Shown here: positions 45,226 to 53,514 of the stretch, one piece after another
Position numbering within the stretch: the first letter of the stretch is position 1
Layout of the letters: each line of letters starts with the position of its first letter
Assembly (NCBI GenBank): GCA_964417635.1
Contig: CAYQIY010000009.1
Span: 24,675 to 88,674, forward strand
Reading direction: 5' to 3'
DNA: 64,000 nt
Origin: an uncultured Pseudomonadota bacterium
GTDB lineage: Bacteria; Bacillota; Sulfobacillia; JAUYEF01
Program-made: the position numbers and the translations under genes
The notes under the pieces: model-generated
Seen by the model: the letters and a program-made list of their open reading frames with translations, nothing else
Databases searched by the model: none
Told to the model about the DNA's origin: nothing

Positions 45226-45939
45226 ATGATGCTTGGCGTGTTTGGGGATGTGCACGGCAATCTTCCTGCACTTGAGGCAGTCATAGCCGATGGCAGAAGA
45301 ATCGGAGTTGACAGTTGGATATGCCTGGGGGATATCGCGTTCAGAGGGCCTAGTCCCAGAGAGTGCGCAGAACTGGTGCAGAGCGTTTGCACTGTTTGTG
45401 TGATGGGGAACACTGACGAGTGGTTGCCGCGCACACTGCCTAGAGCAGACGGCCCAAAAGCATCGATGCTCAAGATGTGGTACGACTGGACGGTGCCGAA
45501 GTTAAGCAAGACTACTCTTGCCTGGATGCACGACCTGCCCAAACATCACAACACCATTCTCGGTGGTGAACATCTTTTGTGCTGTCACGCAAGCCTTCGA
45601 GCACTTGAAGACGTTGTGCTTCCCACATCGCAAGACTCTACGTTTCACGAAGCGTTTTTGACTGATGAGCATTCTCTAGTAACAAGCGCGCACATACACA
45701 TACCGCACCTGCTTCGCCGCAACCACTCTACGATTATTAACACCGGTAGCGTCGGCCGACCCATAGACGGCGACCCGAGAGCGTCGTACGTGTTGCTCAG
45801 AACAGAACGCGATTCAGTCTCGTATGAGTTCAGGCGCGTGGAATACGATGTGCAGCAAGCGGCCGATCTAGCCTTGGCGTGTGACATGCCACAGAAGCAT
45901 GAGTTCATTAACGCAATCCGTTCGGGCATGAACTTCTAG
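45226..45939 (+). CDS. Calcineurin-like metallophosphoesterase (YfcE/ApaH-like)
   Basis: ATG 45226 lies 8 nt after GGAGG. 'GDVHGN', 'GDIAFRG', 'GNTDEW', 'AHIHIPH'. Confidence 0.8.
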   Translation: MMLGVFGDVHGNLPALEAVIADGRRIGVDSWICLGDIAFRGPSPRECAELVQSVCTVCVMGNTDEWLPRTLPRADGPKASMLKMWYDWTVPKLSKTTLAWMHDLPKHHNTILGGEHLLCCHASLRALEDVVLPTSQDSTFHEAFLTDEHSLVTSAHIHIPHLLRRNHSTIINTGSVGRPIDGDPRASYVLLRTERDSVSYEFRRVEYDVQQAADLALACDMPQKHEFINAIRSGMNF

Positions 45940-45945
45940 ACACAA

Positions 45946-47540
45946 TCAGGTAGGAGGCGGGTTCTCCCGCCGTCCTCCCACACCACCCGGCGTCCGAGCC
46001 CGCACGAGGCGGTTCAGCGAGCGTAAACACCGGTATCTGCCTACCAGGATTCGGAATCCGTAGCGCGGTGGCTGGCCCACGATATAAACGCAGGTCAGGC
46101 AATCAGCCTTGGTACTATGCCATGGAAGCCCAACGAACTGATAATCGGCCTCTACAGTGCGGCTTCGGATAACAGCCAAACGGCGGATGGCATCTCAACT
46201 TTGAGACGTTGACTGCGACGCAGATACGCCTATGTCTTCAGACGGCAGCTATTGCAACCGTGATGTCCTGACGCAGTACGAGTGTCGCTATCGCCAACAG
46301 CATCCCCACTGTATGGAACATGGCAGATAAGGCAGCATACAGATTGCCGGATTCTGATACTGTTCCACCGGATATCAAGCTCGTTTAGGACTTTCTGCGT
46401 ACCGAGGTTAGCCCTGACTTCCAGCTTGTCGCCATGCCGGACAAAGGTGCCGGTGTGCATCACGTCGGCCTGTCAGATCATGCGCGCGCCCTCATGGAGT
46501 GGCTTTCTGAAACTGGAAACCTTCGAAGTTTCCTCAGTGTTGTTGCAGACTAACAAGCATCCCTACGGGCAGCAAATGTCGCCCCGCGAGTTCTGGAATC
46601 TTGCCCGTCGCGCTGGCCAGATCAGCCATGACAGCGTCGGTGTCGTTGGCCTTGCGGAAGGTTCGAATTGTGATGCACACATCGAGTTTGTGAGCCGTAG
46701 TACGGGCGTTCTTGTGTCGCGCCTTGTTTCGATGCTCAACGAGATTGCTGAGCAAGGCCAGTTAGCGAATTCATCAGAGGTGCTATGGGAAGATGGATGG
46801 GAATATTTCCGCTGTTACGTTGCGCATCTGTGGGCAGAGAAAAAAACCTCGACGCTGTTCTGTCGGACTCCGAGCAGCTCCTGCGGCAGACCTTTGGCTA
46901 TGCTTCGCTGCGAAATGACCCTGCGCAGATGGCAAAGACGGATGCGCCTACGCAGGGAATCTGGCCGATATGCCTGAGGGCGTTGCCGAGCTTGCAGACT
47001 CGACAGGGTTCTCGCCGGAATGGGTTACTCGAGCGATGGCTGGACTTCGCTCTCTTGAAACCAAACTCATGCTCTCGGATTGGACTCCAGAAAGCCTCTT
47101 CGGCAATGGCGGGAAGATGGCTGATCTGTAGGGCATAATGCTGAAAGTGCCGCAACTGAACAAGCAGCTTAAGGATATTGGCGGCGAGGGGTTTGATCGA
47201 ACCCGCATATCTGAGATCACACTCGATGGCAAAAGAATTGACGTCATGGCCGAAGAGTATTTCGGTCGCGGCGAAGACGATGAAGATGGAACGGCTGCGA
47301 TTACGGATGCCTGCCGCGCGATATATCGAGTCATCGTTAATTGTGGCTCTTGGCGTGTTTCTGCGCTAACGTGTTTATGGCATGGACTTTGACAACGCGC
47401 CTGAAGCAGAGCGCTGCAGCTCGCCAATTCCTGAAGAACCTGATTGACCGTGACTGGCAGCGCGCCCGCCCGAGAAGTGCAGCACTCTCGGGCAGCGAAT
47501 GCAAGCGCATCTGGAAGGTGCTCTCCGGCGAGGGAGGTTC
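45946..47540 (-). mobile_element. Heavily frameshifted IS200/IS605-type tnpB-like remnant (hypothesis)
   Basis: No intact ORF. Five collinear minus-strand fragments sit in the frames of five separate short ORFs and resemble TnpB blocks in the right order. 47427-47516: 'FQMRLHSLP..SRSIRFFRN'. 46955-47107: 'AEEAF..FGFKRAKS..LRHIGQIP'. 46645-46728: 'NKAR..AHKL..ITIRTFRKAN'. 46296-46376: 'DIRWNSIRIRQ..YSGDAV'. 46090-46125: 'PWHSTKADCLTC'. Confidence 0.35.
45952..45976. other. GC-rich hairpin at one edge of the ORF-less region
   Basis: AGGAGGCGGG-TTCT-CCCGCC(G)TCCT, 10 bp with a 1-nt bulge. No T-tract. Confidence 0.5.
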
Positions 47541-47670
47541 ATGATAGCATTTGCCGAAAGATGAGAAAGCCACACTCCTAGCGAGCATCCTCACCTTTGC
47601 CAAAGATTAGCGTTGCCACCCTCGTAGAAGACCGTCACTTCTGAGAAGATCCCCGCGCAGGGCGTACGTG

Positions 47671-47701
47671 AGACGGGCCACTCTATCGGTGTGGCCCGTC
47701 T
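47671..47701. other. Perfect 11-bp hairpin (terminator of the Cys-rich gene and/or element end)
   Basis: AGACGGGCCAC-9 nt-GTGGCCCGTCT. No U-tract on either strand. Confidence 0.5.
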
Positions 47702-47711
47702 ATGCACAGTT

Positions 47712-47885
47712 CTAACAGCACTTATGCGGTTTGTCGCCATGACACTTCTGAATTGTTTCCTCTGAGCAGTCTCCGGGCTTCTTGCCCTCCGGGCATGGCT
47801 TTTCGCCATGGCACTCCTCAATCTGCTCGGGGGTACAGCACTCAGGCTTCTCTGGCTTGTGGCACTTGCTCTTCTCCTCACACAT
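47712..47885 (-). CDS. 57-aa Cys/His-rich repeat protein (metallothionein-like candidate)
   Basis: ATG 47885 lies 10 nt after GGAGGTG. 'MCEEKSKCHKPEKPECCTPEQIEECHGEKPCPEGKKPGDCSEETIQKCHGDKPHKCC'. The ORF-track 132-aa version overlaps the creatininase gene. Confidence 0.6.
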   Translation of the reverse strand: MCEEKSKCHKPEKPECCTPEQIEECHGEKPCPEGKKPGDCSEETIQKCHGDKPHKCC

Positions 47886-47918
47886 GCTGACCGGGCACCT
47901 CCTCTCACTCGTCGCAAC

Positions 47919-47968
47919 TATATGTTGGGCACACATATATGATATTCCCTTATAGCCCAGGGTGTCAA
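47919..47968 (-). promoter_or_regulatory. SigmaA-like promoter plus operator-like palindrome for the Cys-rich gene
   Basis: Minus strand: TTGACA (47968-47963)-18 nt-TATCAT (47944-47939), directly followed by IR TATATGT-N7-ACATATA (47919-47939). Confidence 0.55.
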
Positions 47969-47980
47969 CATCTGTTCTGG

Positions 47981-48736
47981 TCATTCGGTCACAAACTGCT
48001 CGACAAACTGTGTCAGCCTGAAAAGCGCCGTATCCATCAGTTCTTTGCCGAGTTCGTAGCTCGCCTTGGTGGCATCTCCGAGCGCACCGTTTGCGGTCAC
48101 CTCGTGCCATAGCCGACCTACCTCAACACCCCACGGGTTTTTGTACTCTTCGGGTGAAAGAAGTGGCTCGCCTTTCGCCAGGCTGTCTCTTTTGACCGCC
48201 CATGGCGCAAGGTACATGCACTGGGACATCTCACCCTCACACGCGTGCCCTATGATTTTTGACTCTATACGATGCGCCGCGACGTCTTGCGCCGCCGCCG
48301 TTGGAGATGCCATCGCTATTTTGCTGTCCGGATACTTCTGGCGGACAATGCTCATCACCACTTTGAGCGGCGCCTGGTTTCCTCCGTGACCGTTTATCAT
48401 GAAGAACTTGCGCAGCCCATGGCTGTAGAGCGAATCAATAACATCGACACATACAGAGATGAACGTCTCGGGCTTGAGGCTTATCGTTCCCGGGAACTTC
48501 ATGTGGTGGGGCGATACTCCGAACAACACTGGCGGCACCACCAGCGAAGTTGGATACGTCGTTTCGGCAAGCCTCTTTGAAAACTCGTACGCCCTGGCGG
48601 TATCCACTTCAAATGTGCCGTTCGGGCCATGTTGCTCGCACGACCCCGCAGGGATGATCGCCACTTTGATCTTGTCCAAGTTCTGCTGTACTTCGGGCCA
48701 CGACATCTCAAACAGCGAGAATCTCTTCGCTTCCAT
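47981..48736 (-). CDS. Creatininase-family amidohydrolase (copy 2)
   Basis: 'IIPAGSCEQHGPNGTFEVD' and 'GHACEGEMS'. Start lies 2 nt after the upstream M20 stop. Confidence 0.8.
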   Translation of the reverse strand: MEAKRFSLFEMSWPEVQQNLDKIKVAIIPAGSCEQHGPNGTFEVDTARAYEFSKRLAETTYPTSLVVPPVLFGVSPHHMKFPGTISLKPETFISVCVDVIDSLYSHGLRKFFMINGHGGNQAPLKVVMSIVRQKYPDSKIAMASPTAAAQDVAAHRIESKIIGHACEGEMSQCMYLAPWAVKRDSLAKGEPLLSPEEYKNPWGVEVGRLWHEVTANGALGDATKASYELGKELMDTALFRLTQFVEQFVTE

Positions 48737-48738
48737 GT

Positions 48739-50178
48739 CTATGCATCACTCCTAAACTGGTGAAATGCGGGTTTCTGGTCAGGGGGCATCGCCGACTTGT
48801 ACTTGACTCCACCTGTTTTCCGCAAGAACTCTTCGCGTGCCTGACAAAGCAAGTCCGGACGGGTCATGAGTTCAAGTCCGGCCTCAGCCAGTACTCTGGC
48901 CGCTGTAATCATTCCCTCATGACCTATACCCGTTCCGGCCTGTGCAGCATACTGCCACGAATGTCCTGGAGTGCCTATCGCGTTGCACGCCGTCGAGAAC
49001 TGTGCGGTGGGACAACACCAGCTTACGTCTCCCACATCGGTTGAGCCACTGCCTTCCTTCTTCACATTGCACGGTGATATCACGGTAGTGTTCAGCACTT
49101 GGCTCTTGAGAAGATCCGCTTCCTCTTGCGTAACTGACTCTCGCTCGATAAAAGAGAACTTCTGCCTTTCACTAACGCTCTCAGAAATTCGTTGTGCGAA
49201 TTCGAAGTGTTCTTTGCTGAAGTTCGGAGGCCCGACACGCATCATGCACTCGTTCAGCATGTTTTCAAGACACTGGTTGTTGAGCACGTTCCAGATAGCC
49301 TTTATCAGCTCGACTTCGCACGTTGTCTGAGTCATCTTCGCCGCGCCCTCCATGCAGTCAAGCACACGCGCGTAGAGTTCATCCACTTCCTCTCTCTTTG
49401 GAGAGCGGATCAAGTACCACACCGATGCCTCGGCAGGCACCACGTTGGGCTGGAGTCCACCGTTGGTTATTACGTAGTGAACTCGCGCTGCAGGCGGCAT
49501 ATGTTCTCGCAAGAACTCCACGCCAAAGTTCATGAGCTGCACGGCGTCAAGAGCACTGCGGCCATTGTACGGGTCGGCAGCCGCGTGTGCAGTCCTTCCA
49601 TAGAACTTCACGTTCATGGCGTTATTGGCAAGCGACGAAGTGGTACGCACTCTGTTCACGGAACCGGGGTGCCACGTAAGGCATGCATCGAGGTCGTCAA
49701 ACACGCCGTCTCTTGCCATGAACGCCTTCCCGCTCAAGTTCTCTTCGGCAGGACAGCCGAAGTATTTGATCGTTCCTGGAATGCCTCTGCTAAGCATCTC
49801 CTCTTTGAGCGCTATAACCGCGCCCAGCACTGCCACACCGAGCAAGTTGTGGCCACATCCATGTCCGGGTGCGCCCGCCACCAGTTCCTCGCGCACGGGT
49901 AACGGCTTCTGCGACACTCCTGCAAGCGCGTCATACTCGCCCAGCATGCCTATCACCGGACGGCCCGATCCCCAGGTCGCGATGAACGCCGTGGGCATGC
50001 CTCCCACTCCGGTTTGCACACAGAACCCTTCGGCGGCAAGCGCCGAGCGAAGCGCTTCAGCCGACTTGGTTTCATGCAAAGCAAGCTCCGCATATTCCCA
50101 TATGCGATCCGATAGGGCCACCAACATCTCTCGCCTTGAGTCCAGGTAGCGCTGGGCAGTCGTTGCTTTCAATGCCAT
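48739..50178 (-). CDS. M20-family amidohydrolase (AbgB-like)
   Basis: ATG 50178 after GGAGGGAG ('MALKATTAQRYLDS'). 'GHGCGHNLLG', 'VKFYGRTAHAAADPYNGRSALDAV'. Confidence 0.85.
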   Translation of the reverse strand: MALKATTAQRYLDSRREMLVALSDRIWEYAELALHETKSAEALRSALAAEGFCVQTGVGGMPTAFIATWGSGRPVIGMLGEYDALAGVSQKPLPVREELVAGAPGHGCGHNLLGVAVLGAVIALKEEMLSRGIPGTIKYFGCPAEENLSGKAFMARDGVFDDLDACLTWHPGSVNRVRTTSSLANNAMNVKFYGRTAHAAADPYNGRSALDAVQLMNFGVEFLREHMPPAARVHYVITNGGLQPNVVPAEASVWYLIRSPKREEVDELYARVLDCMEGAAKMTQTTCEVELIKAIWNVLNNQCLENMLNECMMRVGPPNFSKEHFEFAQRISESVSERQKFSFIERESVTQEEADLLKSQVLNTTVISPCNVKKEGSGSTDVGDVSWCCPTAQFSTACNAIGTPGHSWQYAAQAGTGIGHEGMITAARVLAEAGLELMTRPDLLCQAREEFLRKTGGVKYKSAMPPDQKPAFHQFRSDA

Positions 50179-50330
50179 GCTGTCTCCCTCCAAGGTTGTA
50201 TGAAACCGTTTTCCGCGAGACAGTGTTAGGCTCCTGCAAGTCGTGCGTGTTATTAAATGAAGCAGGATTGCTAACCAGATATGTGGAAATTCAATTTCCA
50301 CAAACCATGATTTACAGGAGGAGTACACGC

Positions 50331-51590
50331 TTGACAGGCGCGCAAGTAACCTCGTGGCTCGTGTTAGCGGTAGTGCTGTTGCTTGTCGGGTCAGGCCGGT
50401 TCAGGTACGACATAGCAGCCTTCGGTGGACTGCTGCTGTTGGGAATCAGCCGCATATCTCCTCCGTCAGACCTGTTCAGCGGCTTTGGCCATCCTGCGCT
50501 CGTTTCCATAGTGAGCGTGCTGGTCATGAGCGAAGCCATATCTCGTTCTGGAGTGCTCACAGGGCTTGGCTCGAAGATTGAGGCAACCTTCCACACGCTG
50601 CGAAGCCAGATACTCGCGCTCGCATTGGTCACTTCACTTCTCTCGGCGTTCATGAACAATGTCGGAGCACTTGGTCTCACACTCCCAACGGCATCAAGAA
50701 TGGCAAGACGCTCACAAGTCTCTTCAGGCATGTTTGGCCTACCTCTCGCGTTTGCCTCTATAATCGGTGGTACTCTGACGCTGGCGGGTACCGGTCCAAA
50801 TATGATTGTCTCCGCTCTGCGCGCGAGCGCGCTCGGGAAACCGTACCGCATGTTCGACTTCGCCCCACACGGTCTGGCCATTTTGCTAACCGCCCTCGTG
50901 CTGTGGGCAATATGCCGCGCATGTGGCTTCTATACGGTTGAGGCTACGCCCGACAAGAACAGTACTGCACATAACCCTAGACCGGACGCTGAGACAGGTC
51001 CCTTGCTCACTCCCGCAAGACGCCGCACAGTTGTCATTGTGTTGGCTTCTCTGGTTCTTGTGAGCACGGGTGCGCTGCAACCTTCACTTGGGTTCAGCGT
51101 TGCGGCAGTCCTACTCGTCAGCGTTGGCGTGCTGTCGCCCAAAGAAGCATACGCCGGGCTGGATATGGGTGTCGTGCTGTTCATAGGCTCGATGCTGGGG
51201 ATCGCCTCGGTGCTCGAGAACACTGGCGCTCTGTCGCACTTTGCCGCAGAACTGTACACACTCACATCTGGGTTCAAGTCTTTTTGGCTCATATTTGCGG
51301 TACTTTCGTTTTCTGCTCTGCTGGCCAACTTGCTCAATAACTCAGCAGCGGCAGTGGTCATGGCTCCGCTCGTTCTCAGTCTGGGCAGCACTAATGCGTC
51401 GGCTGACGCGCTGCTCATGGCGGTTGCAGCCGGCTCTTCGTGCGCGATGCTCTTGCCCACTCATCAGAGTACCGTTATCACGATGAGTCGTACCAGGTTC
51501 AAGCCTTCTTCTTTTATGAAAGTGGGAGCGGTGCTCAGCGTGGCCGCGGCCGTCAGCGCAAGCCTCGTCATAACCTGGCTCTGGAACTAG
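50331..51590 (+). CDS. SLC13/ArsB-NhaD-superfamily anion permease
   Basis: TTG 50331 lies 7 nt after AGGAGGAG. Polytopic, with two hairpin motifs 'SAFMNNVGA' and 'LLNNSAAAVVMAP'. Confidence 0.7.
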   Translation: MTGAQVTSWLVLAVVLLLVGSGRFRYDIAAFGGLLLLGISRISPPSDLFSGFGHPALVSIVSVLVMSEAISRSGVLTGLGSKIEATFHTLRSQILALALVTSLLSAFMNNVGALGLTLPTASRMARRSQVSSGMFGLPLAFASIIGGTLTLAGTGPNMIVSALRASALGKPYRMFDFAPHGLAILLTALVLWAICRACGFYTVEATPDKNSTAHNPRPDAETGPLLTPARRRTVVIVLASLVLVSTGALQPSLGFSVAAVLLVSVGVLSPKEAYAGLDMGVVLFIGSMLGIASVLENTGALSHFAAELYTLTSGFKSFWLIFAVLSFSALLANLLNNSAAAVVMAPLVLSLGSTNASADALLMAVAAGSSCAMLLPTHQSTVITMSRTRFKPSSFMKVGAVLSVAAAVSASLVITWLWN

Positions 51591-51625
51591 ACAAATAACA
51601 CTTCTAGTAGAAGGGAGAGGACAGT

Positions 51626-52984
51626 ATGTACCTTACACAACTCTACACCCCCGGACTGGCTCACCTATCGTACGTTATAGCAGGCACCAAGGAGTGTATA
51701 GTGATCGATCCGTCGCGAGATGTCGACCGCTACTTCAAAGTAGCCGAAGACTACGGAATGCCGATCACCACGGTGATTGAAACCCACCTGCACGCAGATT
51801 TCGTATCTGGTCACGTTGAACTGGCGCACAGAGCAGGTGCACGAATTTACATGTCCAAAACGGCCAATGCAGCGTTTCCACACGTAGCGCTTTCAGACGG
51901 TGAGCAGTTCGAGATCGATAATCTCAGGTTTGTGATGCTTGACACACCCGGCCATACTCCGGAAGGTTCTATGTTCATCGTCTCCGACCTCTCGCGTGGC
52001 GATGAACCTGCATTGATGTTTTCCGGTGATACACTGCTCGTAGGCGATGTCGGAAGACCTGACCTGTTTCCAGATATCAAGCGTGAGCTCGCAGAAAAGC
52101 TATACAACAGCCTCAGAAGACTAAAGCAGTTCGGGCCGCACGTGGAAGTCTACCCGGCACACGGCGCCGGTTCTTTGTGTGGCAGAGCACTGTCTGCAAA
52201 GCTCTCAACCACGCTCGGTACTGAGCAGATGTACAACTACGCCCTAAAGATAGACTCGCTATCTGAGTTCATTGAGGCGCTTCTTCAGGGCATGCCAGAA
52301 GCACCTGACCATTTTTCACGCTGCTCGGAGATAAACAGGCGAGGCCCTGTCTACACAGGTGAACTTGCGCCACCCAGGCCACTTACGCCGCTTGAGTTTC
52401 ACAAAGCTGCAACTGAACACGTTATTGTCGACTGCCGTGACCAACTCGCTTTCGCAGGAGCTCACGTACCGGGCTCGTATAGCCTGAGTCTTAGGGGCAA
52501 CTTCGCCACGTTCTCCGGCTGGGTGCTTCCACCCGAAAAAAGCGCACTGCTCGTTACCGAGACCGAAGAGCAGATACACGAAGCACTGGTCGGCCTGAGG
52601 CGAGTCGGCATCGATAACGTTGTCGGCTACCTGAAAGGCGGCATGACCGCATGGGCAAACAGCGGACTCGAGGCCGCCCACTTAGATAGCATATCTATAC
52701 CGAAACTGCGTGAAGCCGCGCAAGGCAGTGATGTAGCCGTAATCGACACGAGACTCGTAAGCGAATGGGAGTCAGGCCACATAGAAGGTGCTGTTCACAT
52801 ACCGGCTCCAGACTTGAGGCACCACGATGTGCCAAGCGCTCGAAAGCTCATGGTCATCTGCAGCACTGGCAACCGCTCCATTCTGGCCGCAAGCCTGCTG
52901 AAGCAGAGAGGATACCACAACGTAGTGAACGTCATCGGCGGAATGACTGCCTGGCAGGCCGCGGGCTATCCGCAAGTGAAATGA
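51626..52984 (+). CDS. MBL-fold persulfide-dioxygenase-like enzyme fused to two rhodanese domains (CstB/Blh-like)
   Basis: 'ETHLHADFVSGH' and 'TPGHTPEG' MBL motifs. C-terminal rhodanese loop 'ICSTGNRS'. Confidence 0.8.
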   Translation: MYLTQLYTPGLAHLSYVIAGTKECIVIDPSRDVDRYFKVAEDYGMPITTVIETHLHADFVSGHVELAHRAGARIYMSKTANAAFPHVALSDGEQFEIDNLRFVMLDTPGHTPEGSMFIVSDLSRGDEPALMFSGDTLLVGDVGRPDLFPDIKRELAEKLYNSLRRLKQFGPHVEVYPAHGAGSLCGRALSAKLSTTLGTEQMYNYALKIDSLSEFIEALLQGMPEAPDHFSRCSEINRRGPVYTGELAPPRPLTPLEFHKAATEHVIVDCRDQLAFAGAHVPGSYSLSLRGNFATFSGWVLPPEKSALLVTETEEQIHEALVGLRRVGIDNVVGYLKGGMTAWANSGLEAAHLDSISIPKLREAAQGSDVAVIDTRLVSEWESGHIEGAVHIPAPDLRHHDVPSARKLMVICSTGNRSILAASLLKQRGYHNVVNVIGGMTAWQAAGYPQVK

Positions 52985-53514
52985 GCGCGGCCATGTTCGA
53001 GACGCTGTTCATCACAAGGTGGCCGTGGTGGGCTGGTGGCATCGGGATTGGCTTGCTGGTGCCCCTGCTTTATCTCTTCCTCAACACAGCGTTGGGAGTG
53101 TCCACCGGATACGGCAACATTGTGAGGTTACTGTTTCCTCGGAGCAGGCTTAAGTGGCTTAATTCGCCCACTTTCGCAGAGCCGTTTGGCTGGAGACTTT
53201 GGTTTATGGCTGGAATCGTACTCGGCGCGTTCGTTGCGTCACGGCTCGGTGCACAGAGCCTGCTGACTGCGGAGATGGGAATCCTGACCGCTTCGGGTGT
53301 CTCGAGTGGTGCAAGCGCATTGCTGCTGTTCTCGGGCGGACTACTGCTCGGACTCGGAGCGAGGCTCGCTGGCGGCTGTACCTCTGGCCACAGCATTCAC
53401 GGAATAGCCAATTTGCATATGTCGAGCATCATAGCAACGATAGCATTTCTGCTGTCTGGATGGCTCGCGTTCTGGCTGATACGCACCTTACTCTTCGGAG
53501 GTGGTGTTTCGTGA
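52981..53514 (+). CDS. YeeE/YedE-family sulfur-compound transport protein (half-size)
   Basis: ATGA overlap with the upstream gene. 'RLAGGCTSGHSIHG' motif. Confidence 0.75.
   Translation: MSAAMFETLFITRWPWWAGGIGIGLLVPLLYLFLNTALGVSTGYGNIVRLLFPRSRLKWLNSPTFAEPFGWRLWFMAGIVLGAFVASRLGAQSLLTAEMGILTASGVSSGASALLLFSGGLLLGLGARLAGGCTSGHSIHGIANLHMSSIIATIAFLLSGWLAFWLIRTLLFGGGVS

Noticed and set aside
45996-46015. Group II intron domain-V-like sequence GAGCCCGCACGAGGCGGTTC
   Set aside because: It is only 20 nt with an imperfect 5-bp stem. It lacks the 34-nt D5 architecture and bulge, and there is no RT/maturase ORF or a D6-like region nearby.
46840-46930. RecQ-like N-terminal motif 'LLRQTFGYASLR'
   Set aside because: No helicase motifs (Walker A, DEAH) follow in any frame. 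The short match is probably fortuitous.
46282-46977. 231-aa plus-strand ORF (and neighbours 46785-47138, 47138-47392) as real genes
   Set aside because: They have no RBS and no motif. Coding-like stretches switch frame every 100-300 nt and are mirrored by equally long antisense ORFs. They are better explained as a decayed element.
47886-48110. Upstream 75 codons of the 132-aa ORF containing the Cys-rich peptide
   Set aside because: It overlaps the 3' end of the creatininase-family gene in another frame. A GGAGGTG RBS and a promoter sit directly in front of the internal ATG at 47885.
47712-48736. Mycofactocin-like precursor + MftE pair
   Set aside because: No radical-SAM MftC, MftB chaperone or MftD/F genes are present. 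The peptide lacks the C-terminal Gly-Val-Tyr-type motif and has its own promoter.
49192-49902. 236-aa plus-strand ORF
   Set aside because: It is antisense to the AbgB-like M20 gene and has no motif.
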